DNA of 64,000 nucleotides, taken from the IMG/VR virus record IMGVR_UViG_3300032236_001613, positions 264,069 to 328,068 of that record; one strand, 5' to 3'. Made by a program: the position numbers and the translations under genes. Every line of letters begins with the position of its first letter. Within the stretch, counting starts at the first letter, position 1. A model generated the notes under the pieces. That model worked only from the letters and a program-made list of their open reading frames with translations, was not told where the DNA came from and ran no database searches. Shown here in pieces: positions 1 to 10,000 of this stretch.

Positions 1-1
1 A

Positions 2-802
2 GGCACTCTTAGTAAATTTGGCATGCAAATGAAGTTTGATCTATCTAAAGGATTTCCTGCAGTAACTACAAAAAAACTTGCATGGCGTGCTGTTGTTAGC
101 GAACTACTTTGGTTTATTGAAGGTAGTGGCGACGAGCTAAGGCTAAGAGAAATTCTACACGGTGATAGACATAGTAATCAAAAAACTATCTGGACTGATA
201 ATGCTAGTGCACCATATTGGGTTAAAAGAAATCATCAACGACATCCTGGTGATTTAGGACGTATATACGGAGTACAATGGCGTAGATGGCGTAAACCTGT
301 TATTAGAATTAATAAAGTTGTTTTACATAATCACGATCAACTATTAGAATTAATCAACGGTATTAAAGACGATCCTTATAGTAGACGCCATATTTTATCT
401 GCGTGGAATCCTGGTGAAATAGAGCTCATGGCTCTTCCACCGTGCCATGTAATGTGTCAATTTTATGTTAATAACGGAAAACTTAGTTGTCAAATGTACC
501 AGCGATCAGGTGATTTATTTTTAGGCGTTCCTTTTAATATTGCCAGTTATTCATTACTAACACATATGATTGCTCAAGTTTGTCATTTAGAGGTAGGAGA
601 ATTGATAATTGTTCTAGGTGATGCACACATTTACAATAATCATATTGAGCAGGTTAAAGAACAGCTGAATAGAGTACCTTTTCCATTGCCCAAATTAATG
701 CTTAATCCAGATATTGATGTTATAACAGACTTTGAAATGGACGACATCTCATTAGTTGATTATCAGTGTCACGATACGATTAAAGCTGATATGCTGATTT
801 AA
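2..802 (+). CDS. thyA: Thymidylate synthase, 5'-truncated by the window edge
   Basis: Frame is open from base 2 (GTLSKFGMQMKFDL). Motifs: PAVTTKK, ELLWFIEG, YGVQWR, SRRHILSAWNP, catalytic MALPPCH, YQRSGDLFLGVPFN, GDAHIY. Confidence 0.97.
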   Translation, partial: GTLSKFGMQMKFDLSKGFPAVTTKKLAWRAVVSELLWFIEGSGDELRLREILHGDRHSNQKTIWTDNASAPYWVKRNHQRHPGDLGRIYGVQWRRWRKPVIRINKVVLHNHDQLLELINGIKDDPYSRRHILSAWNPGEIELMALPPCHVMCQFYVNNGKLSCQMYQRSGDLFLGVPFNIASYSLLTHMIAQVCHLEVGELIIVLGDAHIYNNHIEQVKEQLNRVPFPLPKLMLNPDIDVITDFEMDDISLVDYQCHDTIKADMLI

Positions 803-2223
803 TAGCCAATTGCCATCCAATGGAAGCCGGTATAATAATTACCGGCTGTACCACTACTTTGTATATAGATAGAACATCCGGATGTAGTTATCGTAGTATG
901 TAAAATTTGTGTCCACCAATCTGCACCAGTATTAGATAAGTTTCCTAATCCTAATGTTGCATTAACGCAACTCGGCGGAGTAGTGAAAGGTGCTCCACCA
1001 AAAGAAAGAGCAACGCTTCCCTGGCCTACTGTTCCGTCATTTAATGACGAGTAAGTAACTGTTTGGTAACCCCAAGCAATAATCATTCCTCCGGGCATCT
1101 TTTGCCAGCCAGATGTCGTGGTTAATTTTTGATTACTTGCACCGGTAAACGATGCTAATCCAATAGCACCGACTGAATTAAAACTTACAATTTGACTTGT
1201 TGCAGCATTAACAACTGTACCGGGAGTTACACCGGCACCGCTACTGTTAAATGTTATTCCGTTAGATAACGATCCTGCACTAGATGCAAATGTTGCACTA
1301 CTAACTCCGCCGATAAAATTAGCAGCACGTAAATTACCTGAGCTATCTCTAGCCGCGATGGTATTTGCAGTGCTCGACGTGACTGCTGTTTGATAAGTAG
1401 AATTATTTACTAATAAAGCATTAGCTGATGTAGCAACTCCATATAGTGTTTGTGCATAAATGTTTCCATAAGGATCTCTTGCTACTATTGTGCTAGGAAC
1501 CGACCCGTCTGATGCAGAATAATAACTAACACCTTCCAGTGTGTTTACAAAAGTTGATAAACTGTCTGCCCTTAATGCGTCAGATGCGCTGCCAAAAAAT
1601 AAATATCCATCGTTAATAGTAGTTGCTGTTTTACCGTTAGCATCTGCACCAGGAAGACTAATTCCTTTGCCAATGTACGAAAAGCTTGAATATATCGTAT
1701 CACTAATATTTACAGAATATGGAGTATCTACAGAACTTAAATATACAGTATTAGTATTAATATTTGATTTTAGAACTAGATGACTAACGTTACTATTATC
1801 TTTAACTGTAGCTAATACCGACGACGATCCGCCTGACGAACCCGATCCACTTACATTTATAAAAGTTCCGCCATAGTTTATTGATAATTGATTTGTATTT
1901 GGGTTGAACCAAAAATCTCCGGTAGTCGAATTATTTGGTTGTGTTTTTGCTGTGGATGTGAATGACAATGGTTTAAAAGTCAATCCATCATAGACATTTA
2001 ATTTTAAGTTTGTTGAATCAAACCATAATTGCCCTTGTACTGGATTTTTAGGACTTGATGATTTAGAAAAATTTTCTAATAGATAAAATAAATTTTGATC
2101 TAAAATTGCACCGTACCCGGCATAGTTTCTACCTACAAATGTTAATGACGTAGAATTATCAATAGACCCATCGGCTACTGTTGTAAGAGTTTTTCCGTTT
2201 GATTTTGTTATAATATAAGGCAT
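799..2223 (-). CDS. Tail fibre / baseplate-attached fibre (paralog 4) with a C-terminal receptor-binding-type domain
   Basis: Shared N-terminal module (YxI..G..DG..D..TSL..G.N...LLENF...P..GQLWFD); S/T/N/G-rich shaft with TIxARD repeats; C-terminal GWQKMPGGMIIAWG fibre-tip motif. Confidence 0.75.
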   Translation of the reverse strand: MPYIITKSNGKTLTTVADGSIDNSTSLTFVGRNYAGYGAILDQNLFYLLENFSKSSSPKNPVQGQLWFDSTNLKLNVYDGLTFKPLSFTSTAKTQPNNSTTGDFWFNPNTNQLSINYGGTFINVSGSGSSGGSSSVLATVKDNSNVSHLVLKSNINTNTVYLSSVDTPYSVNISDTIYSSFSYIGKGISLPGADANGKTATTINDGYLFFGSASDALRADSLSTFVNTLEGVSYYSASDGSVPSTIVARDPYGNIYAQTLYGVATSANALLVNNSTYQTAVTSSTANTIAARDSSGNLRAANFIGGVSSATFASSAGSLSNGITFNSSGAGVTPGTVVNAATSQIVSFNSVGAIGLASFTGASNQKLTTTSGWQKMPGGMIIAWGYQTVTYSSLNDGTVGQGSVALSFGGAPFTTPPSCVNATLGLGNLSNTGADWWTQILHTTITTSGCSIYIQSSGTAGNYYTGFHWMAIGY

Positions 2224-2247
2224 TGTTTTTAATCCACTCTATTTAAT

Positions 2248-3846
2248 TTAAGCATAGTATCCGATTAATCTAATTGCTACAGCTTCCATACCGCCACCGT
2301 TTTGTGGCCTTGCAGGTATAGAGTAATCAAAGCTTCCGGCAGGGTAAGTATTAGATCCGTTTACCTCCGTAGTCTGTCTTACAGGTACAGTTACCTGAAC
2401 CATGTTTACTGTTTGATTCCAATATTTGTATTCTGAAGTTGCAGCTCTAGCTAATAATAAGCAATCGCTCCATGGCCAACTTGGATAAGTAGTTCCTAAT
2501 CCTGTAGTAGATAAATTTCTACCTAAAACAACGGCAGTATTATAATTATTTGACGGTGTTCCGTCACCTATCCAATGAGCAGTATAATGTATTTCGAGTA
2601 TTACTGATTTAACATTTGCTGGCAATCCTGAGGAAGATATAGTGTTGAATGTTGTCCATGGAACATTTAATACTGTAGTATTTGCACCTAAATTTTGAGA
2701 TCCAGAAAGAAAAGGTACTCCATCTCCTGTTAAATCAAAAATAGTATACGGATTTATAAATCCAAAGCTTGGTGCTAACCCTGCTACTTGTGTTAACACA
2801 CCAGATACTGCAGTATCAACATAGGTTTTAACAGCTCGTTGTGATGCTAAGTAATCGTTACGATTTGATGCTAGTGTTGCATCTGTATCAAATTTAGAAA
2901 CAACTGTTGAAAAAGGATCAACTAATTGTGCATTAAAATTAACTACAGCTGCATTAGAAGTTCCTACATTAACATTCTGAGAATATAGATTATTCCATTT
3001 ATATGAAGAAGACCCTAGATTAGAACCTAAATTTGAATAAGGTAATAAATCAGAATTTACTGACCAGTTTCCAGATAATAACCCATTTGTGCTATATATT
3101 GCCGGAGTTTGTACAGAACTAGCACTAATTGCTCCAGTACCATCACGTTGTACTAAAGTTTCAGCATTGCTAGATGTTGATGCACTTATAAAATTTGTAT
3201 TTTCAGCGTTTCTTAAAGCGTAAGAATTTTGAGAGCTATAACTGTTACCAAACAATGTAGCATCATTCGATGCTCCGTTTTTAAGAGTTATTCCTCTAAC
3301 CACTGATGGAAATCCACTAACAGCATTTGAACTATTAATACTAAATGCTGTGCTGCTTATTATTGCAACAACTTCATTATCAACATAACATTCAATTACT
3401 GGATGATAGGTATTTGTTAAATCTGCTAATTTAGTTGACACCATTCTAGTTGTGCCAAATCCAGATACTCCTTCGGGACCAATAAGACTCAAACTGGTAC
3501 CATTATAAACACTAAGTTGGTTGTTTGTTGTATCGAAATATAAATTTCCTAATGTATTTGCATTTGCAGAATTAGTTGTTAATAAAGTTAAAGTTTCCCA
3601 AGCAGACCCATTATAAACTTTTAATCCTTGCCCCGAAGTATCAAACCAAAGTTGACCTTTAACAGGTAAAGCTGGTGCAGTAGTCTTAGCAAAATTTTCT
3701 AGCAAATAAACAAAATTTTCATTTTGCAATGTTCCAAAATTGTAAAGATTTTTTCCAGGAAGAGTAAGGCTAGTACTATTATCATAAGTACCATCAGCTA
3801 TAGTTGCTAATATTGTTCCATCGCTTTTTCTAATCGTATATGCCAT
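2248..3846 (-). CDS. Tail fibre / baseplate-attached fibre (paralog 3)
   Basis: Same N-terminal module (LLENFAKTTAPALPVKGQLWFD); NLGSSSYKWNNLY and SQRAVKTYVD fibre motifs. Confidence 0.75.
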   Translation of the reverse strand: MAYTIRKSDGTILATIADGTYDNSTSLTLPGKNLYNFGTLQNENFVYLLENFAKTTAPALPVKGQLWFDTSGQGLKVYNGSAWETLTLLTTNSANANTLGNLYFDTTNNQLSVYNGTSLSLIGPEGVSGFGTTRMVSTKLADLTNTYHPVIECYVDNEVVAIISSTAFSINSSNAVSGFPSVVRGITLKNGASNDATLFGNSYSSQNSYALRNAENTNFISASTSSNAETLVQRDGTGAISASSVQTPAIYSTNGLLSGNWSVNSDLLPYSNLGSNLGSSSYKWNNLYSQNVNVGTSNAAVVNFNAQLVDPFSTVVSKFDTDATLASNRNDYLASQRAVKTYVDTAVSGVLTQVAGLAPSFGFINPYTIFDLTGDGVPFLSGSQNLGANTTVLNVPWTTFNTISSSGLPANVKSVILEIHYTAHWIGDGTPSNNYNTAVVLGRNLSTTGLGTTYPSWPWSDCLLLARAATSEYKYWNQTVNMVQVTVPVRQTTEVNGSNTYPAGSFDYSIPARPQNGGGMEAVAIRLIGYYA

Positions 3847-3856
3847 TCTCTATTCC

Positions 3857-5773
3857 TTATAACGTTATATCTGCGTTATTCCATGTCCATGCACCGAAAG
3901 TTACTACATATTCTTTAATTTTTACGTAAGTAATACTAATACTTTGATTTACAACAGTAAAACTACCTGCAACGTCAGTAACAACTTGTTGTGAATTTGG
4001 TACTCCACCTTTATCAACTGTGGTTTTTGCAGTACTAACATTAACAAATGTAGTTGGGATAGTAACTGCTGAAGTAAAGCAAATTATTCTTGCTCTCGCT
4101 CCATCAGGTAGATCATAATATGGTTGTCCAGGATTAGTAACAGGATATAGTTGTCCTAAATATGCTGCAATTATTGAGTTTTCGTTTGGACCCATTCCGG
4201 TTATATCTAAACTTAATGCAAAGCCTCTTGTTCCAACTAAATGATAAAGGTTGTCTACATATTTTTTATTAGCAGCATCAAAGTCACTTGTACATGTCGA
4301 AACGCTAGTTATTCTTGCATTTCCTACATCAACTACTCCAGTTCCGGCAGCGTGTATATTAAGATCTACATTAGAGCCAACGAAAGGAGGAACAACTGAG
4401 ATCGCTCCAGATGTTATACTAATATTAGTTACAGTTAGATAATCTAATACTCCGAGTTCTGTTACGCCCGGTGCTTTTGTTATTGTTAACCCTAAACTTG
4501 TTGAGTTAATAACAGAAACACCACCAATTAAATAAGAAGAAGTTGAATTAACTAAATTAAAATTATCATCAACTTGCCACGATTTTAATGAATTGCTCCA
4601 ATTTAAATTATGATCTCTAGAGCCAATTAATGTAATACCTCCACCATCGGCAAACGTATCACTAGGTGATGCTTGTCCGTATGCTAATTGAATATTCTTA
4701 TCTTTAACTTCTAAATTACTAGTTTGAACATTAGTTGTAGTTCCGTATACTGTTAAATTCCCTGATATCGAAATATCTTTAGCAACTGATAGTGATCCAG
4801 TTAATGTTACATCACTATTAATCTTTACAAATGTAGGTATTGAAAGATCTGGAAATAGTGAAATACTGGGCTTAGAATAAGTTAAATCATTAGGATTAAT
4901 TCTTACCGCAGTATAATAACCAGGAACTAATGTACTATTTGATCTAATATCAAAAGGTGCATTACTAATATTACTTGTAAGTACACTTGAATTGTTTGTT
5001 GAAGTTAACGATATATTATTATTTGCACCAACAATTATTCCATTATCTGATAAAATATCAAGTCTTTTTGTCGTGTATTGAGAACTAGTTGTTGGATTAA
5101 TTTGTAAGAAATTATCAGTTAAATAATTTGTAATCGAACTAACAGAGTCCGCCATTGTAGCTGTTCCTACAAATCTTATATTAGGTATGGATGTATTAAG
5201 ATTTATACCAGGCTGTACGGATGTCATTCCATTGAACGAAGTTGCAAATGTAAACGAACCGGTAGATGCAATAGCTACTAATTGGTTATTGCTATATAAG
5301 CTAGCAACAATATTAGTGTTACTGTTTGTATCAATGATATAATCTGTTTGTACTCTTGATGATGCAGTAGTGACCGGAGCCGGAGGTCCTGCTAATGTAA
5401 AATTTCTACCGTCGGTTGTAAAGTATAATAACTTATTAACTGTATCAATCCACAAATCACCAGCATTAGTAGTAGTCGGTTCGGTTGGAGATAATTGTGC
5501 CGACGATACAGATTTGAAAACATTGTCGAGACTGTAGACATATAGTCTTCCGTCTTGTCTGTTATACCACAACTGCCCGTATAAAGGCGATCTTGGTTCT
5601 ACTCCGTCAGAAGAAAAATTCTCCAACATTGCAACAAGATTATCATTGTAATACTGCCCATAAGCATTTACATTTTTACCTATTAAAGTTAAACTTGTGG
5701 CTAATTGGTCAACTGTACCATCGGCTAAAGTAAGTAAAACTGTTCCATCTGAATTTTTTATTGTATATGCCAT
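3857..5773 (-). CDS. Tail fibre / baseplate wedge-associated protein (paralog 2)
   Basis: Same N-terminal module (MLENFSS...P.YGQLWYN); GNLTVYGTTT.V....LEVKD and DAANKKYVD fibre motifs. Confidence 0.75.
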   Translation of the reverse strand: MAYTIKNSDGTVLLTLADGTVDQLATSLTLIGKNVNAYGQYYNDNLVAMLENFSSDGVEPRSPLYGQLWYNRQDGRLYVYSLDNVFKSVSSAQLSPTEPTTTNAGDLWIDTVNKLLYFTTDGRNFTLAGPPAPVTTASSRVQTDYIIDTNSNTNIVASLYSNNQLVAIASTGSFTFATSFNGMTSVQPGINLNTSIPNIRFVGTATMADSVSSITNYLTDNFLQINPTTSSQYTTKRLDILSDNGIIVGANNNISLTSTNNSSVLTSNISNAPFDIRSNSTLVPGYYTAVRINPNDLTYSKPSISLFPDLSIPTFVKINSDVTLTGSLSVAKDISISGNLTVYGTTTNVQTSNLEVKDKNIQLAYGQASPSDTFADGGGITLIGSRDHNLNWSNSLKSWQVDDNFNLVNSTSSYLIGGVSVINSTSLGLTITKAPGVTELGVLDYLTVTNISITSGAISVVPPFVGSNVDLNIHAAGTGVVDVGNARITSVSTCTSDFDAANKKYVDNLYHLVGTRGFALSLDITGMGPNENSIIAAYLGQLYPVTNPGQPYYDLPDGARARIICFTSAVTIPTTFVNVSTAKTTVDKGGVPNSQQVVTDVAGSFTVVNQSISITYVKIKEYVVTFGAWTWNNADITL

Positions 5774-5778
5774 AATTT

Positions 5779-6408
5779 TTAAGTCTTAATTATATAGGTT
5801 AACGCAGTCGAAGTATTTGAAGCAAATAATGTTTCGGTTAAATTTGGAACATTAAAATAGTCGGTTGCAGCTGAACCAAATTTTTCACCGATGATATTAT
5901 GTAAATCAGGATAAGAATATCTATAATAAGATGCTCCATTGCAAAATAACCATCCTCCTGGAGGAGATATATCAGCTGCTGGCCACGATAAAATCATTCC
6001 TGGTTGAGGAGTGACTACGTCGGATAAAAAATTAGATTTTGTAATATTATACGCTTGCCCGTTATCTGATACAGGCATTAATGCATTTTGGCTAACAGAA
6101 TTAGTGTTTGGTAAAGAAGTAATAGAATCCGTATTTAGAGAAACAATCGGATTCCACTTTAACCCGTCAAAATAATTTAAAACACTATTTCCTGAATCAT
6201 ACCATAACTGCCCAGTAGTTGGGTTATTAGGTGACGTTGGACTAGAAAAATTTTCTAATAGATGCAGAAAATTACTAGCAAAAGTCTGTCCATAATTAGG
6301 ATAATTCCTTCCTATTAAAGATAAACTAGTGTCTGTAACATTTACACTTCCCTCGGGTATTGTTACACTTGGTTGTGTAGGATCTGATCTATTAACTATA
6401 TAATCCAT
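5779..6408 (-). CDS. Short fibre with a phage tail-collar domain (paralog 1)
   Basis: Same N-terminal module plus collar motif PGMILSW...PPGGWLFCNGASY..YPDL...IG..FG....FNVPNL and terminal YIIK. Confidence 0.8.
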   Translation of the reverse strand: MDYIVNRSDPTQPSVTIPEGSVNVTDTSLSLIGRNYPNYGQTFASNFLHLLENFSSPTSPNNPTTGQLWYDSGNSVLNYFDGLKWNPIVSLNTDSITSLPNTNSVSQNALMPVSDNGQAYNITKSNFLSDVVTPQPGMILSWPAADISPPGGWLFCNGASYYRYSYPDLHNIIGEKFGSAATDYFNVPNLTETLFASNTSTALTYIIKT

Positions 6409-6410
6409 AA

Positions 6411-7079
6411 TTAGCTTCCATTAGTTAAACTTTGTATTCTAACTGTATAATCAATCTGTATTAGTCTGTTTAATGCCTTTTGAACCGGATGAAAAATCAC
6501 ATGCGTTAATAACGGTCCAGTATTTTCACCTGCAGGATTATATCCTTTGAGTCCTAATTCATCAAAAACAAAATTGTTTGTATTACTTACACTAGCATCA
6601 AATGCAGGTTGCCCTGCTGGTTCGCCGTAATCTAACAGACAACTTACTAACACATCAGAGTAATACGTGCCTGGTACGTGCCTTACTTCCATAAAATTCC
6701 TTGAAGGATCTAAATCATAAGGATTATTAGCGTCAACAACTTTATAATACGTTTGATTATAAAGAGCTGCATTTGAACCTACATTGTTAGGTGTTAGATA
6801 GGTAATAATACCTGTAGGGTCTATTCTACTACCACCATTACCAAATGCCATTTCTGAAATAAAATTTTGACCCAAATTAGCTACACTATTAGCTAAAGAA
6901 ATAGAAAAGTTTTCGTAATGAATTGCGTTTCTTTTATCTACGAAAATTTCTTTAGTAGTCGGATCGTAAATTTTTATGTGGCCCTGAATACGTAATGCTC
7001 CTGTTTCATTAGGTTTTTCATTAGTTGGCGTTGGTGTTTGCATAAATTTCTTCATATTTTTGTTATTAGAATTGTCCAT
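6411..7079 (-). CDS. Baseplate / tail-fibre attachment structural protein
   Basis: ISEMAFGNGG...FDELGL...LLTHVIFHPVQK...IDYT pattern resembles fibre-anchoring baseplate domains; located in the baseplate operon. Confidence 0.55.
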   Translation of the reverse strand: MDNSNNKNMKKFMQTPTPTNEKPNETGALRIQGHIKIYDPTTKEIFVDKRNAIHYENFSISLANSVANLGQNFISEMAFGNGGSRIDPTGIITYLTPNNVGSNAALYNQTYYKVVDANNPYDLDPSRNFMEVRHVPGTYYSDVLVSCLLDYGEPAGQPAFDASVSNTNNFVFDELGLKGYNPAGENTGPLLTHVIFHPVQKALNRLIQIDYTVRIQSLTNGS

Positions 7080-10000
7080 AGTAATATTTATCAGGGAATG
7101 TACTTGGGTTATCCTGCAAGAATGTAGAGAATAAACTATTGTCGTTAAGTACAGAAGTTCCGGTATTTCTATACATATTATTGATTGCTAACCTTTGAAC
7201 TAACATAATTTCTGTACCTGTTTTAATATTAGGCAAATTAAGAGTCAATGTTGCAGTGCTTATACTTCCATTAGAAACAATACCTGAAATAGTGAATTCT
7301 TCTGGATAGTAATCTAATCCGCTGTAAATATATCCATTTACTGCATTTGTAAGCTTAGAATTAGTATATACCCAGACCTGATTAGTCGAAGTTACTAAGT
7401 AAGCATCGTTTACAAATTTTGTTAAAACTAATGTACTAGTAGTACTCGTCGTTCCTAACAGATTAATATCTCCGCTATCATAACTTATATCAGTATTTTG
7501 TTTATAAATTCCGGCTTTTCTTAACAACTTTCCGCCATAATATACTAACAATTGATCTGCTGCAGTTGCAGTAGTTAACAGTGTTCCGTTTATTACATAA
7601 GAAATGGCATTAGTAGCAGTTAATTTTTGTTTTACAAATGTCTCTTGATACGGAGCATTTTGCTTATAACTTTGGTCTATAACTGCTGTTCCTACAAGAT
7701 ATGCATCTTTTGGCCCAGTACCGAGCGAACCGCGACGTAAATCGCTTAATTCATTACCGTTAATTGTCAAATATTCAATCCATTCGCCATCAATTAACAC
7801 AGCTCCGGGTATTTTTTTAGCTAAATTTGGTTCAGCTAACACGCTGCCGTCTTGTACAACAATTTTTGTAGATGTCGAATATAAAGTCTCAGCTAGATAA
7901 GTTGTATTACCTTTGCTAATTCGTTTAAATTGATTACGTCCTAATAAATCAGTAAAAACTCTATAACCTACACTATTTTTTTCTATAGTATTATCAGACA
8001 TACTCATAATCGATACTAACTGATTTGGTATATATGGATAATCTTCTCTGAGAACAACCATAGTTCCTGTATCATCGAGATAAAAATCAACAGTATTAAT
8101 TAATGGACTATTACCGATAGTTACCCAAATGTATCTCGAATTTAATAGTTTTCTAGTAAGAGGATATTTTCCTGAAGGTCTTGAAAGGTAAGTTTCTTCT
8201 CTAATTAAACTAGTATCACCGTCAGTAAAATCGATAACTTTGAGTAAATCATTAACTTGATAATTCGCAGTTGGTTTGATGTAAACATATCCATTAGCAA
8301 AATAATAATCGCTAAAAGTATGATTAGTGATTGCCATTGCATCGCCTGTTTGTAAGAACCCAGGTTTAAACAATATTTGATTGCTATCTTGGTCTAACAC
8401 AAAATCTATACCGTTTCTTAACTTGATTCCGTTTACATAAACCTCTAAATGTGCAAGATCAAATGTTCCTGGAGGATAATTATTAGCCGGATCAATTAAA
8501 AATGCAGTTTCTCCGGCAGATACTGAATAATATACAGTGCTAGGAGACATTAATCGTCTATTATTAATTTCTACAATAGCTTGCGAGTTAGCTGATCCGT
8601 GTTTTCCTGGATAAATTGTTAACAGATAACTTGTTGTAACACCATCGCCAACAAATGTCTGTTCATTTACCGTACTAAATTTATTTCCTCCACTAGTGAA
8701 GGACCAAGCTTGCAATGTATAATTTCCAAGAGCTAAGTTACTTACATATAAGCGTCCTCTTGATAAAGTATATTCCGTAGTTGATAATCTTCTACCATTT
8801 AATGTTGCATAAATGCTGCCAATTTCGTTAATTGTGCCAACATGCACACTTAATGCTGTTACATTAGAACCATTAGCGTAGTCATAGTAATTAAACTGAT
8901 ACCCTCCGACTCCAATCACAGAAACGCCCAATATACCAGTAATTGGTTGAGGATTGACTATTACATCTTGATTGATAAAGTCAATAGTATAATCTCGCCC
9001 ATAAGTTAAAACTGTATCGTTATAATACACCATTGTCGATGCTGTATTTGGAGGCAACATCGGTAACGCAACTATTGTATTTGTAACAGTTTGATTAATT
9101 TGAATAACTGATTGGGTGATCATCGGACTACCACTTTCGGCTCTAGTGTAAACACTAATTCCAACACTTTCGTACATTTCACCTTTAATTTGCTCTTCTG
9201 GAGCATAGCTAGTGTATATTGATACAAATTTATCAGCATCAATGATAGTGTCGCTAGGGTTAACTCCGGCAGCAGTCGTATATGATAAATTACCACCATC
9301 TAAAATAGTATCTAATACACCCGGAGTAGTATTGTATTCCCAAAATTCTAATCTAACTGTATTTGATATTATCTGATCTGCGGTAGATGTACTAAAAATA
9401 ACACTGTTAGATAGTGTGTTAATACCTGTTACAACTACGTTTGATGATAAAAACTTATTATTATTTGTAGTTAACGTAGTTAGTGCTACGGTAGTTACAC
9501 GTAACCCTGCGGTAATTCCTTGCAATGTGTTTACAACTAATGTATCTGTACCTGTTGCTGCAGTTGTTATTACAGTTGCTGTAGTATAGAAATTTGAATC
9601 ATCGCCATATAATGACTTACCAAATGGTGCCATATCCCAGTTTGTGGTATAATCAAACTCCAATCCTTGAATTTGAGATCCAGGAAACTCAACACCGCTC
9701 ATCAATTGAGCAAGATCGTTACCAGGCATACCTACTGTCGGAGAATAATAATTCTGTATTCGATCTACTGCATGGAATAATTCAATATTTTTATTATAGG
9801 AAATTACTAATGTCGTTCCAGTTGAAGGAATTGAATTTAAAACAATGTTAGAGAATAACTTATGATACCCGTTGACAACTTTTTTATATGTATCAATTGA
9901 ATACTCTGTAGCTAATATTCTGTGTCCTGTACTAGTTGTATTATATAATGTAACTTCTATATTTGCTTTTTTATTTTCAGCTGCCCAACTTAAAGGAAAA

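Noticed and set aside
799-802. Overlapping convergent stop codons (TTAA) of thyA and the fibre gene; abutting stops at 36939/36940
   Set aside because: Ordinary genome compaction with no further signal.
799-3846. Diversity-generating retroelement target at the fibre tips
   Set aside because: No reverse transcriptase and no template/variable repeat pair differing at adenines was seen in this window.
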